From assembly GCA_010909165.1 (NCBI GenBank), contig VJWM01000016.1:310001-374000 (forward strand): a DNA stretch of 64,000 bases, written 5' to 3'. Below, in pieces: positions 1 through 12,329 of the stretch; position 1 is the first letter of the stretch, and every line of letters begins with the position of its first letter. The DNA comes from Anthoceros angustus. Its lineage: Eukaryota; Plantae; Anthocerotophyta. The position numbers and the translations under genes are program-made. The notes below the pieces were generated by a model. It worked only from the letters and a program-made list of their open reading frames with translations. It did no database searches and was not told the DNA's origin.

Positions 1-506
1 AATGGACCACTGTTGCAGCGGGGATTGTTTGATGGTGGTCACGGTAGAAGACCTCCCAGGGCGGGGAGCACGAACCCTCAGGGATGAAGATGAAGGTGAC
101 CACTTCCGGACACACTGCCGCGTCAGCGTTCCATCCCAAGCCGGGTGAGACGGCGCGTCAAGCAAAGCATTGCACCTCAAGCGGAGACCGTGGTGTCACA
201 TTGAAGAAAAGTGAAGGAGAGTGTGGATTTCAAAACCATGTTGCAATCAAATGTGCTTGAGAAGAAAAGTTTCGAGCGGTACGATTCTAAGGATGGGGCG
301 AGCAAGAGACATTTCTAGAGTCCTTGGTTCAAGCGAGAGAGGGGATGTGAAAGGGGTAAAGTATGCACACACATTTTGGGGTCCATTCCTTGCTTGAAGG
401 CATTTAGAAGAGTATATTGCATAGGGCTGTGATATGAGGGAAAAGAGCGTAATCATTTGAATGCCCGTGGGATGGTTTCAGCCTAACCCCAAACCACGGT
501 CTTCTT

Positions 507-960
507 ATGCTGGGAGCGATATCACGGATGGATAAGACATTTCTAATGATGGCCTGCCGAACGTGGAGGTCTTCAACCTTCCGAACATACACAAGGTTGG
601 AAATATGGAGTATGTCGGCGGCAATGCGAAACCTCGGGATCCTCTATGTGAAATATCCATGGTTCTTGAAGTTATGGAAAAGCAACTTCCCAAGAGTGAA
701 AATACCAAAATCCAACAGGTTTTCCACGTGCTCACTCTGCAGTCCAAGAGCACAATTAGGAACATCCAAATCCGATCAAGGTAATTGTTACCACTTTCGG
801 CGGCTGGTTGACATGCATGGGAACTTATGACAATGGTTTTCTTGAGTGGGGAATGGTTGTTTTGAACTCGAGGCTTTATGGGCAAGATCCCTATAACCCG
901 GGTCTTCGATCTTTGTATGATGGGATGGTGCGGCCTTGAGGCCGTCGTCCACATATGCAA
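507..960 (+). mobile_element. DNA transposase relic, copy A (N-terminal part; Sola/DUF7869-like)
   Basis: ORF 507-830 reads ...WFLKLWKSNFPRVKIPKSNRFSTCSLC...H (CxxC...H region). A shifted frame at about 919-960 reads YDGMVRP..RRPH, matching the IDGMDQ..PH motif of copy B. Confidence 0.55.
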
Positions 961-1329
961 AACCCTTGGGATGAAACCACGAGAGGCCCTTTGTACATGT
1001 GGTGGGACGGCGGCGGCCCCATGGAGCCAAGAACCCTATGGTGCCGTTAAGAGCCCACAGGATGGGGCGCGGCGGCCGGCGCCCACCTCAGTGCTCTTCT
1101 TAAGCACCATAGGGTTCCGTCAGCGAGGATACCAAGCTGCCAACGCCCACATGGCGAAGGACCATAGGTCACCTACAATTTATACATGTGGTGGGGCGGC
1201 AGGCCCCCCCCTCAAAAGCGATGGCATGGATTGTGGTTGCTCGTGAAATGCGGCCAGCGACAATTGCGCGCTAGGGCGGAACATGAAGGTTCTTCCTCCG
1301 TTGATTTGGGGCGGGGCGTCGCCCAGGCG

Positions 1330-1950
1330 ATATCTTGTCTGATAGGAGGGTCCTTCATATCTAAGCGGATGTCTCTTCAAATGTACGAGTGTGTATGTTT
1401 TAAATGAAAAATATCAAGCGGCTTTAGATGCCCATCGTTTGCGGTTACATCGAGGCGGTGAAGATGGCGAAACAGAGCAAGAGTTATGTAGAACCACATA
1501 TGTACCTTCTACTTTCAATCGATGGAATGGACCAAAAGACGGAGATTCCCCATCTACTTGATGGCCAAAGAACTTGGATGAGAGTGCGTATTCGAGTTCA
1601 TGTGGTTGGGTGCATGATCACAATTACACGTTTAAGGCAAGAGCTTACTTGCATTATGCGAACTTGAATGATGCCAATCTTCACGATTACCATCATCCGG
1701 GATGTTATTCATTCTGAAGGAGTATTGCCGAAAGTGTTATATTTGCAATTGGACAACACTGCGGAGAACAAGAATCAAGCTGTTTGCATATCTCAACATG
1801 CTCGTGGACATGGGGACGTTTGAAAAGGTGAAAGTGGGGTTTTGTTGGTGGGGCATCGCATGATCAAATCGACCAAATGTTTCATGCTTTTCAAAAGCTT
1901 AAAACATAAGGAAGGCTCACATTCGCTTCCACGACCGAACCGCGATAATT
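1330..1950 (+). mobile_element. DNA transposase relic, copy B catalytic core (DDD/E triad; Sola/DUF7869-like), frameshifted
   Basis: IDGMDQKTEIPH at 1518 onward, LQLDN..ENKNQ at 1746 onward, and GH(T)HDQIDQMF at about 1851 (1-nt deletion relative to the intact GHTHDQIDQMFS at 3490). Confidence 0.7.
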
Positions 1951-2039
1951 TTTGAAGGGGTGAATAATCTCGAAGGGGTTTTCATAAATAATCTCGAAGG
2001 GGTTTTGATGGGCCCTAAAGCAGTTTTGAAGGCATTGGA

Positions 2040-3120
2040 AAACACTCGAAAAAAGGGTGTCACCGGTAAAGTTACTACTTTCCATCCGGCAATGTTTGTG
2101 TCGAATGGTGGTAAACTCGAACCTAGGGAATGATGCAAAGTAGGAGCGGTGAGGAAGGCCGTTCTCACGGGCGACGGATAAACTCGATTTTGGGATGGAA
2201 ATGTGGTTTTGTTATGACACCACAAAAGCCACGGACGGTATTTCCTAACACGAAACATCGAACCGGACTTACAACATTAACTCGGGACCCGGGAAAAGCG
2301 AGATTTCGGTTTCCTCATCCCGAGTTCAATCCATCGTCATCACTTGGTCCGACTTCTCCTCCATTGTCATCACTATCTTCTGACACTTTCACTCGCAGTT
2401 GTATGAAGCCACGCAACTCAAGCTTATCCCTTATCGCTTTTTGTCCGCATACGGATGTTTTAGTCGTTCAACACAAACCCATAATCTGGGATGATTGTTT
2501 CATTCACAAATACCTCTGTATGTTTTTAGGTAATGGATCTTATTCCCTTTTTCCTCGGCATTGGACGGATGGGTTACCACTCTGGCGGACTATGTTCTGC
2601 ACATATCTCCTTCATACGCATCTATGTGCTCGGTCCGATACTAGTGGATAAGAAAGTGAGGTCGTGGTGCGTTTAGCTTCACGTCAATGACCTCCCAATC
2701 CGAATGGCCTGCGTGTCCGTGTTACGCGGCCAGACATCCCTCTCGGTTCCGTTATGTCCCCATTCATCGTGCCATTTCCAGTTGCCTTCCGCATTTTGAT
2801 ATGCCCCAAATACATATCACGCGGCGTGGGAGGTCCCTCAATAATGCCTCATCTAGCAAAGCTTCATCCAAGCACTTGAAGTGGTGGTATGATCCACTTC
2901 TGCGTGAAAACCACTTCCAAGGGCCAGCACTAGCACAATGTTATTCTCCACAATGATAGCAATCTCCTTCCGGTCCAAGGCTTCCCACCACTTATACTCT
3001 TCAAGTCCTATGGAGCAAATCTTTTAACCCTTCACCAAATGGGCCACACCTTCCATCGGTGATAGGATACTGCCGTTCCTTCTTGTCCCCCTAGCTTCAC
3101 CCGTATGCACCGGATGGTGC
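2040..3120 (-). mobile_element. Inverted C-terminal part of the same transposase family
   Basis: The reverse strand is colinear with + strand 6230-7210. Shared blocks include EEYKWWEA, CCTTGGAAGTGG, GATATGTATTTGGG, ACCA(C/T)GACCTCAC, GCTTCATACAAC and a K/E-PHF motif. Confidence 0.6.
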
Positions 3121-3381
3121 TAAGGGGCGCGCGACCGGCCCCTCCCGATGCTGCTCATGGGGCGGGTGGCGCCCTCCCCTAACACCACGCATGGGGCCGG
3201 CGGCGCCCTCCCCACCGCCACCCATGGGCGGCCGGCCGCGCCCTCCCTACACCCATGGGCGGCCCGCGCCCCTCCGCCCATGGGCCGGCGCCCTCCCCTA
3301 ACACCACCCATGGGCGCCCGGCCGCGCCTCCTAGCACACCACCGCCCATGGGGCCGGCCGCCCGGCCGGCCCCCACGCCCG
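3121..3381. repeat. GC-rich degenerate minisatellite (unit roughly CTA(G/A)CACCACCCATGGGCGCCGGCCGC)
   Basis: Repeated CCCATGGG / GCGCC / CTAACACCAC words. A second array lies at 4730-5075. Confidence 0.7.
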
Positions 3382-4729
3382 AATTGGACAACACCCGCAG
3401 AGAGAACAAGAATCAATCATTTTGCATATCTCAACATGCTCGTGGACATGGGGACGTTTGAAAAGGTGAAAGTGGGGTTTTTGTTGGTGGGGCATACGCA
3501 TGATCAAATCGACCAAATGTTTTCATGCTTTTCAAAAAGCTTAAAACACAAGGAAGCTCACATTCTTCCTGCACTGAACACGATAATTTTTGAAGGGGGT
3601 GAATAATCTCGAAGGGGGTTTTCCGCAAATAATCTCTGAAGGGGGTTTTTGATGGGCCCTAAAACAGCGTTTTGAAGGCATTGCGGAAAACAGCCAAAAA
3701 AAGGGTGTCACCAAGAAAGTTACTACTTTCCATCTAAATGGTGGTCGCAAACTCGAACCTAGGGAATGATGCAAAGTAGGAACGGAGGAAGGCCGGCAGG
3801 ACGATCAGAACTCGCTTTGATGGAAATGTGGTTTTGTTATGACACCACAAAAGCCACGGGTATTTCCTAACGTAAACATCAAGAATGGACTTACAACATT
3901 AACTCGGGACCCCGGAAAACGAGATTTCGCCACTCATCCCCGTAGTTCAATCCATCGTCATCACTTGGTCCAAATTTTCTCCTCCATTGTCATCACTATC
4001 TTCAACACTACCGCAGTTGTATGAAGCCACGCAACTCAGAGCTTATCCCTTATCGCTTTTTGTCCACCGCCGACATGTTTCCTGGCTCAACACAAACCCA
4101 TAATAGTGATGACTGTTTCATTCTACAAATACCTCTGTATGTTTTTAGGTAATGGATCTTATTCCCTTTTTCCTCGGCATTGGACCGGATGGGTTACCAC
4201 TCGCGACTATGTGTTCCCCGCACATATCTCCTTCATACGCATCTATGTGGTCCGATACTAGTGGATAAGAAAGTGAGGTCGTGGCGTTACGCCAATGACC
4301 TCCCAATCCGTAATGGCCTCGTATGCATGTCCAGACACGCCGTAAACATCCCTCTCGGATTTATGTCCCCATTCATCCGTGCCATTTCCCGCTTGCCTTC
4401 CGCATTTTGATATGCCCTACATATCACGCGTGGAGGTCCTCAATAATGCCTCATCTAGCAAAGCTTCATCCGCACTTGAAGTGGTCAGTCAGATGATCCA
4501 CTGCACGTGAAAACCACTTCCAAGGACGCTGTAGCACTAGCCCAATGTTATTCTCCACAATGATAGCAATCTCCGTCCACCCAAAAGGCTTCCCACCACT
4601 TATACTCTTCAATACCTATGGACAAATCTTTTAACCCTTCCCCGCAAATGGGCCACACCTTCCATCGGTGATAGGATACCGCTCCCCTTCTTGTCCCCCT
4701 AGCTTCACCCGTATGCACCAGGATGGTGC
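3382..4729. repeat. Tandem duplicate of 1747-3120 (transposase core end plus inverted C-terminal piece)
   Basis: Starts with AATTGGACAACAC as at 1747 and ends with GTATGCACC(A)GGATGGTGC as at about 3103-3120. Period is about 1635 bp. Confidence 0.9.
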
Positions 4730-5075
4730 AGGCGCAGAGGCGCCTCCCCCAAAGATGTCGCTCATGGGCGCCGGCCGCCTCCCTAGCACTGCCATGGGCG
4801 CCGCCGCCGGCGCCCAACACGCCCCCCCATGGCGCGGCCGGCCGGCGCCTCCCCGCCGGGCGCCGGGCGCCGGCGCCCCAACACGCCCGCTGATGGCGGG
4901 CCCGCCCCTAGCACACGCCCATGGGCGCCGCCGCCTCCCTAGCACACCGCCCATGGGCGCCGGCCGCCAGCACCGCTGGCGCCGCCCCAACACGCTGCCG
5001 GCGCCGGCCGCCGCGCCCCCCACCAACACGCCATGGCGCGCCGGGCGCCCCTAGCACCCCGCCATCGCCCGCTCC
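4730..5075. repeat. GC-rich degenerate minisatellite, second array
   Basis: Same CCCATGGGCGCCG / CCTAGCAC words as 3121-3381. Confidence 0.7.
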
Positions 5076-6149
5076 TAGGCTGTCTTTTAGAAAATAAATA
5101 TTTAGCGCCTCCAAAATACTTCAATCATGGATGGTTGGTCTAGTGTTTGGGAAATAAGTGTAGTAATGAATAGGTTTTGTGTTCAAAACTCGTGCCTCCT
5201 CAACAATTCAATTTTGTTGATTTTAAGGATGCTTGCATGGGCGCATGGGCAACTAACTTTGTTCATTTTAAGGACGCTGGCATTGCCTTAAAGCCCAAGT
5301 GGTTGCATTGAGTGCCGAAGGTTGAAGACCACGATCGCGACCTTTTGGATGAGGGTCGCAGACCCTAGATGTCAGGTGGCGCCGACACCGCCGGACCGGG
5401 CCCAAGAATGATACTATTGAAGACGAGCAAGCAATGGAGGAGAACGACAACTTCGAGGCGGAGGATATGGACCGCCTCCCGAATATGGCGGTGGTACTTG
5501 ACTCGCCGCAAGGCATGGATGAGTCGCCAGCCGCACTCTTGAATGGCTATTGTCGGCCGATGACCACTTCCTCCTTAGCAGCTTGTTTGTTGCAATGTTC
5601 TCACGACTTAAAAATGAGACTCGCAAGATTGTTTTCATTGTGTTCCACCACTTGAAAGTAAAAGTTTTCGGTAATAAACATATGAAAATGGCAGCCCTCT
5701 ATGCATTCTACTAAAGCATAAGCGGGCACCCCCTCTGCTCCAGTTCTCGGGTGTAGACTTGAAAGTGCATCTTTTATCAAAGATATGACCTCGAGAAAGG
5801 GTGTGTGCATTATCAAAGTAGGGCACATATCTTTGTTCTAGGTAAGGTGTTCTTAAGTGACAAGGGAGGTCTTGTCTTGGTCAAGGGCCGGGTATATCCC
5901 CCCACTTCAAAGTACCATCGTGTTACCGGGCTGAGATTTTGATTAGTGCGTGACACTCCATGTACCGGAGGTGAAGATATTGATCTAAGTTCTGATTCCT
6001 AGGTCATATGTTTTGGCTAATCGTGTGCGAGGCAAGGTGGACACGCCTCTTTGGCGATCAAAAATTAAACAACTGTCTTTGACACCAATTCAAAATTACG
6101 AGAAGCCAAGGTGGCCAGTGGGTTTAGCGTCATCGAGCGGCGTATTCAC

Positions 6150-7220
6150 ATCGACCTATTATTGGGAGGCGAGGCCGGGTTGGAGTTTTTGACATTCGTG
6201 CCGTTGGACACAATAGCGGCTCCTTAACCGCCCTCCGGTCGAGGGATAGAAAAGGAAAGTTAGCGGAGACTTATCACCTACGGATGGTGTGGCTCATTTG
6301 AAGGAAGGTCTTTCGGCCCTTAGGCCTTATGTGACATCGGAGGAATACAAATGGTGGGAAGCTTTTACGGGTGGACCAACGAGATTCTTGTTATTGTTCA
6401 AAACAACATTGGGCTCGTCCTCCAAAGATCCTTGGAAGTGGTATTGGTCCAGTAGAAGTAACAAACCCGACTTGATGATGAAGCTTTATTACGGAGGCGT
6501 TGTTGAGGACCTTCCACAACAGATATGTATTTGGGACGATACCAAAACTTGGAAAGACAACGAGGAGGGAATGACACGCGTTTGAATGGTGATGTGTTGG
6601 AAATAAAAGAAATAAGGGCATGTTCATTGCAGTTCAATGACGAGGACACGCTATGAGACCATTTTGGATTGGGAAGGTGATTGACGGTTTGTTTTTTGAC
6701 CATGACCTCACTTACTTGTTCCTTTGATACAGCGAGCACAGTCGTTTGAGGGTAGGTACGTTGAAGAATACATAATTCGAGGGGATGCGAGGCGGCAACA
6801 AACCAGGAAAATCGAAGGGTTGAACCTAAAAATATTCAGAAGTTTATGTACAGAAAACCGTCATCTTGTATTATGGTTTCACCTTGAATTCTCGGAAACA
6901 TCTACGCGGTAGACAAGAAGGCAATCAAGGACAAGAATGAATTGCGGCTTCATACAACCAGAAGTCAAAGTGGCAGAGGATGGAAGATGACGGTGATGAT
7001 GCCGAACCCAACGAAGATGACGTCAAATTTAGAAGGAGAGTAGATTGCACCAATGTTAAAAGTATAGGCAGAGCCTCATTTTCTGCTTTGAGAAGGGAAA
7101 CCGTGCAAGACACATTCGACACGTTCATTGTAGCCCATTCTCCTTGGGGAAAGTTTGAAACAGATATTCTACAAGATGTTAGCCGATGGAAACTCCACTC
7201 GCTCCAAGTCGAACGGTTTT
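6150..7220 (+). mobile_element. Diverged C-terminal transposase fragment (sense orientation), frameshifted
   Basis: Reads GLEFLTFVPLDTIAAP...EEYKWWEAF...PWKW...; colinear with the reverse strand of 2040-3120 and 3700-4720. Confidence 0.5.
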
Positions 7221-8498
7221 AGTCCTAAAGCACTAGCTAGCCTGGGACACCCTTTTGCACGTAATTTGCACATTTAGAGCATGTGCACATTTAGGGCTTG
7301 CACGATGCCAGTCACTAATAATGCATCCATACCAAGACTTTCATTTTTGATCACGGCTAGTCACATGACTATACATAGCATCCTCGCCGATGGTTGGTGA
7401 CACATACAGAGCCCTCTTGTCTCAAAAATCGATTCCTCCAACCTACCAAGGGATAGGAGATGACATATCACTTTGGGATTGGGAGGTGCGGGCGCCGGGC
7501 CGGCGGCCGCACCCACGATTTCCATGAATTCCATGTCGCATGGCGGGATTCTATGACCCATACCACCACCACCCGCATGGAAGCGCTCGGGGAAACTTGA
7601 AATATGAGAGTTCTGACATTGGTTGGACCATGTTTTCCCGATTGTTTGCGGGGGCATCGTCAAATGTACTCATCTTCACAAGCAGTCATGGCCCTCCATT
7701 TTGGGCTGTAAATGGGCTCTAAAGTCGGCATAGGTGTAAACTACAACCATTGCTCCACATGTCACGCAACGGCAAGCTCTGTCTGGTGTTGGTGTTCACC
7801 CTTCTTTCTGATCATCTTTTCCAGCACAAGCGGTGAACCAAAACCCCAAATTACAGTAAAAAAAAATTAATTACTACATCTGCATTTATCATGTCTAAAG
7901 TCACCTAGAGCGCCTAGGATATCATAATTACCAGGGAGATTGAATGGCTTACATGCTACAAAGATTATTGTGGATGCATCTTCCACGGTCGCCGCTGTCT
8001 GTGAGATCATCCTTGCAAGTGGCCTTTGGAGGGCAATGGACACTTGTTGCCAAAAGAACGTCGGGAAATACGACATGGTGAAATAGGAGAACGGTAGCCT
8101 CGCTCTGTATCTCCTTGCATGGTATCCTTTGGTGTTGGACTTGATTTATTTATTAAAGTCCATGTTGAAGGTAAGCGGGATGAAAAGGTCGCTTGCATAC
8201 ATTCCCTATACTTAGTGACCTTGGAAGCCGCACTCCACCAGCCATCCTAGTTGGAGGATTTAGGATACCTTATTCACTGGTGAAATCTCGTGTGATTTCA
8301 CCTGTGAATAAGCACAGGTGAATTAGTGAATAAGCACATCTACCACAGAGACTTGGTCACCCTAGACGAGGTACACATTTTCACGAGCCATTGCAAACAT
8401 GACATCACGAGTGACATCATGGGTGGGGAACATTCATCCTAATTGAGACAACAACGAAGAAGCATCCCAGATGCGTGAAAGGCAGAGCCACACTTAAT

Positions 8499-8680
8499 AG
8501 ATAAGAAGTAAGGAAGCTATTAGTTAAACTACTCATCTTTATCGTTATAAAAAGAGGAATCTCGTACTACAGGCTGCACGTGGGGGAAGATAGATAAGAA
8601 GTAAGGAAGCTATTAGTTAAACTACTCATCTTTATCCTTATAAAAAGAGGAATCTCGTACTACAGGCTGCACGTGGGGGA
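8499..8680. repeat. 91-bp tandem duplication
   Basis: AGATAAGAAGTAAGGAAGCTATTAGTTAAAC...CACGTGGGGGAAG occurs twice head-to-tail. Confidence 0.9.
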
Positions 8681-11600
8681 AGCCAATGCGCTCTAGTGCA
8701 CTAGGGCCATTTATAGAGGAGGACTAAGAGAAGTCAATCTCAGACGTATCATCAAGAACCTAGCTAATCGAATCTATTACCACCTATTGTGATTTCCCAC
8801 TTTCTCTCTTACCACCTCACCCTTATAACTACATCCCGTCTGTCACAAGCATTGTTTATGATTTCCCACATGCAATTGCAACATGACTGTAACAAGGAGC
8901 CCTTTCTCTCTCCCCTATGATCCTCCCCCTCTTTATGACACCTCCTTTGAAGATGTAACAACAACTCTCACCTTTGTCTCGTGGAACGTAAAGTTTGGGC
9001 AGCCAACCCAAGAGGCCAAAAGACGAACAAGTTTAATTTTTTGCTAGAACGATTGAAGAGAAGCCGTGAAAATTTACGAGAATCTTGAAGCTAGAGCTAA
9101 AATATTGTTAGGAAGGCTAAGAGGATATCCCGTGAAGAAGAACGGTCAAACGACCCCTGACGAGGCGGAGGGCACCAAAGGAAGGAGTGGAGATCATCAA
9201 GAGGTGCCAAGCACCACGCCAGGCTGGAGAAGGAGCGACTACTGCTGTGGACTACCGCGTAGGTCAAAATCTGCCTAAAAGGAATTTAGAATAGGGGGAA
9301 TATCCACTATATATGCTCACCAATTGGGGAATAAATATATAGAGTAATTAGAAAGCGGTTAATTAGGATAGCAAGTGTGATAGGAAAATAGAAGGAAACG
9401 CAGAGTGCGAGCGAGTGGGAGAGCTCACGCCACGGCCAAGGAAGAGGAGTGTGAGGCGAGCGCCAAGAAAGCAACGCCTTGCAGGTGTGGTCATATAATT
9501 GAGCTGAGGCAGGAAGAGTGCTATGACACCCAGAGTGGCGCCCGCCTGAAGGGATGGGAGGAGATTTCCATCACCGAAAGACTGGCCAAGGCTAACGTGC
9601 AGGTGAAGAAGTGGCTACCCCAAGGGAGAAGTGTTTGGAAGAGAAGTCTGGGAGCACCGTTTGGCATTGGTACACCTCCTTTGAAACACTTGAAAGGAAG
9701 ACGCCATGCCTCGAGGAGGAAGGCAGGGGAAGGAGCCAGGCTCTCACCGAAGGAAAGGGGCAAAAGCCAGTTAGCTACGTGAGGAGGCGAGCTTTGATGC
9801 CACAATTTACGGTTTTGCGGTGGCGCCTCAACCCTAGGATTTAGTCAATTTCGGCGGCGAGGAGGGAACATCCAATTGGGATGAGTGCGGCCGATGGCGC
9901 GATTTTGCCGACGGCCACCGGCACACAATCCTTGTCGTTGTAGGAAGGAGTCCGTTCTGGAATGATAGTTCCGGCTTGCCAGCGCATTCTCGCCTTACTT
10001 TAGTTCCAACGCACATTCATCGCCTCACGCCTAACTACTCGCAACAATCATGATGTGCCCGATGGCTAAACGCTTAAGGACCTGCTTCTGCTTTGCTCAC
10101 ACGCTCGCCACTCACACCTCTCGTCCGCCTCTCCACTCACACTACACTTATCGCCTTTAGGGAAAGACGCTGGTTACACCCCCGACCTCCTCCGCTGCTA
10201 CTGCCTCTCCGTCCGCTCGACGCCTCCCGAGTCCCTCCGGCCACACGCTCGGCCCGCTCGGCCACCGGGCCGCGCTCGACGAGCACGGGTCCCCGCCACC
10301 TTCCTCGCACACACCACAACACGTTAGGTCCGCTACCGTGACTCGATCAATCTCCGAGCTATTAGTTAAACTACTCATCTTTATCCTTATAAAAGAGGAA
10401 TCTCAGGTGCGACGTGAAGCCAATGCGCCTAGTGCACTAGGGCCACTAGAGGAGGACCAAGAGAAGTCAATCTGGATATCATCAAGAACCTAGCTAATCA
10501 ATCTATTACCACCTATTGTGATTTCACTTTCTCTCTACCACCTCACCCTTATAACTACATCCGTCATCACAAGCATTGTTTATGATTTCGCAATTGCAGT
10601 GATGATCTGTAACAAGGAGCCCTTTCTCTCTCCCCTATGATCCTCCCCCTCTTTATGACACCTCCTTTGAAGATGTAACAACAACTCTCACCTTTGTCTC
10701 CTGTGGAACGTAAAAGTTTGGGCAGCCAACCCAAGAAGGCCAAAAGACGAACAAGTTTAATTTTTTTTGCTAGGAACGATTGAAGAGAAGCATGCCAGGA
10801 AAATTTCTGAGAATCTTGAAGCTAGAGCTGTAAAATATTGTTAGGAAGGCGAAGAGGATATCCCAGGAAGAAGAACGGGTCGAAACGACCCCTGCAGTGA
10901 GTGTGAGGGCACCAAAGGTTAGAGCGAGATCATCAGAGGGCTACCACGGGGAGGCTGAGTAAGGAGCAAGACTACGCTGTAGAAGATCATCATGTGACAA
11001 ATCTCGGCTAAAAAGAATTTAGAATAGAAAATATCCACTATATATGCTCACCAATAGGGGAATAAATATATAGAGTAATTAGAAAGCGGTTAATTAGGGA
11101 TAGCGGGCAGGATAGGAAAATAGAAGGAAAAACGCAGAGTGCCGCGAGCGAGTGGGAGAGCTCGTCACGCGCCTCGGGCCACTGGAAGAGGAAAGTGTGA
11201 GGCGAGCGCCAAGAAAGCAACGCTCTCGTGGTGCTGTGGTCATATAATTGAAGGCAGGAAGAGCTGCTATGTAATCGGTAGTGCCCGCCTGAAGAAGGAC
11301 AACGGGAGGAGAATATGACCCGAAAGAGACTGGGCCAAGGCTAACGCGTGTGAAGTGGTTGCTACCCCAAGGGAGAAGTGTTTGGAAGAGAAGTTTGGGA
11401 GCACCGTTGTTTGGCATAATTCTTCCTTTGAAACACTTGAAAGGAAGACGCCATGCCTCGAGGAGGAAAAGGCAGGGGAAGGAGCCGCCAGCAAAGGCTC
11501 TCACCTCGAGAAGGAAAGGGGCAAAAGCCAGTGAGGGGCTACGCCGCCGTGAGGAGGCGAGCTTTGATGCCACAATTTACGTTTTGCGGTGGCGCCTCAA

Positions 11601-12125
11601 CCCTGTGGATTTAGTCAATTGCAAGGCGAGGAGGGAACATCCAATTGGGATGGGTGTATGGCGCGATTTTGCCGACGGCCACCAAGGCATAATCCGTCGC
11701 GTAGTAGGAAGGAGTCCGTCCCAATGATAGTTCTGGCTCTGGGCTTGCGATTCTCGCTCTTACTTTAGTTCCAACGCACACATTCACCGCCTCACGCCTA
11801 ACTACCGCAACACAATCACCGTGACAGTCTTGTGATGGCCAAACGCTTAAGGACCTGCTGCTGCTCACACGCTCGCCACCTCACACCTCGTCCGCCTCTC
11901 TCCACTCACTACACTTATCGCCTTAGGGAAAGACGCTGCTGGTTACGCCCCGACCTCCTCCGCTCCGCCCCTCCGTCCGGCTCAGACGCCTCCCGAGTCC
12001 TCCGGCCACACGCTCGGCCTGCTCGGGCCGGGCCGCGGCTCGACGCAGCACGGGTCCCCGCCACCTCCCTCGCACACACCACAACACGTTAGGTCCGCTA
12101 CCGTGACCTCGATCAATCTCCGAGC
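8607..12125. repeat. About 1.75-kb tandem duplication of LTR-like/retroelement non-coding DNA
   Basis: AGCTATTAGTTAAACTACTCATCTTTATCC starts at about 8607 and about 10357. The units are colinear to ...CTCGATCAATCTCCGAGC (about 10356 and 12123). TATA and AATAAA-like signals lie on the - strand at about 12225-12240. Confidence 0.8.
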
Positions 12126-12329
12126 CGCCGTGTGCTCGCTGACTCAGACTCACGTTAGCAAGAAGACACACAAAGGTCTCGCAAGAACGCTGCATCAACA
12201 CCAAGAGAAAGATGATTTATTCAGGCAGCCTCTTATACTACGCCCAAGTCGGCGCCTTTATTACACTCTATTCGATGGCACCAAGATACCCTAATCGGCC
12301 GCCTACCATCCTATTCCCCTATCTCCTTC

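Noticed and set aside
3600-3680. GAAGGGGTTT plus AAAACAGCGTTTT hairpin as a third HINE-like end
   Set aside because: The order and orientation of motif and hairpin differ from the two true copies, and there is no internal homology.
7320-8200. Possible second methyltransferase (FYDPY..; ..PGD..) or N-terminal partner of the 46-kb fragment
   Set aside because: The motifs are in inconsistent frames and there is no DPPY/SPPY or FxGxG; the resemblance is too weak to support.
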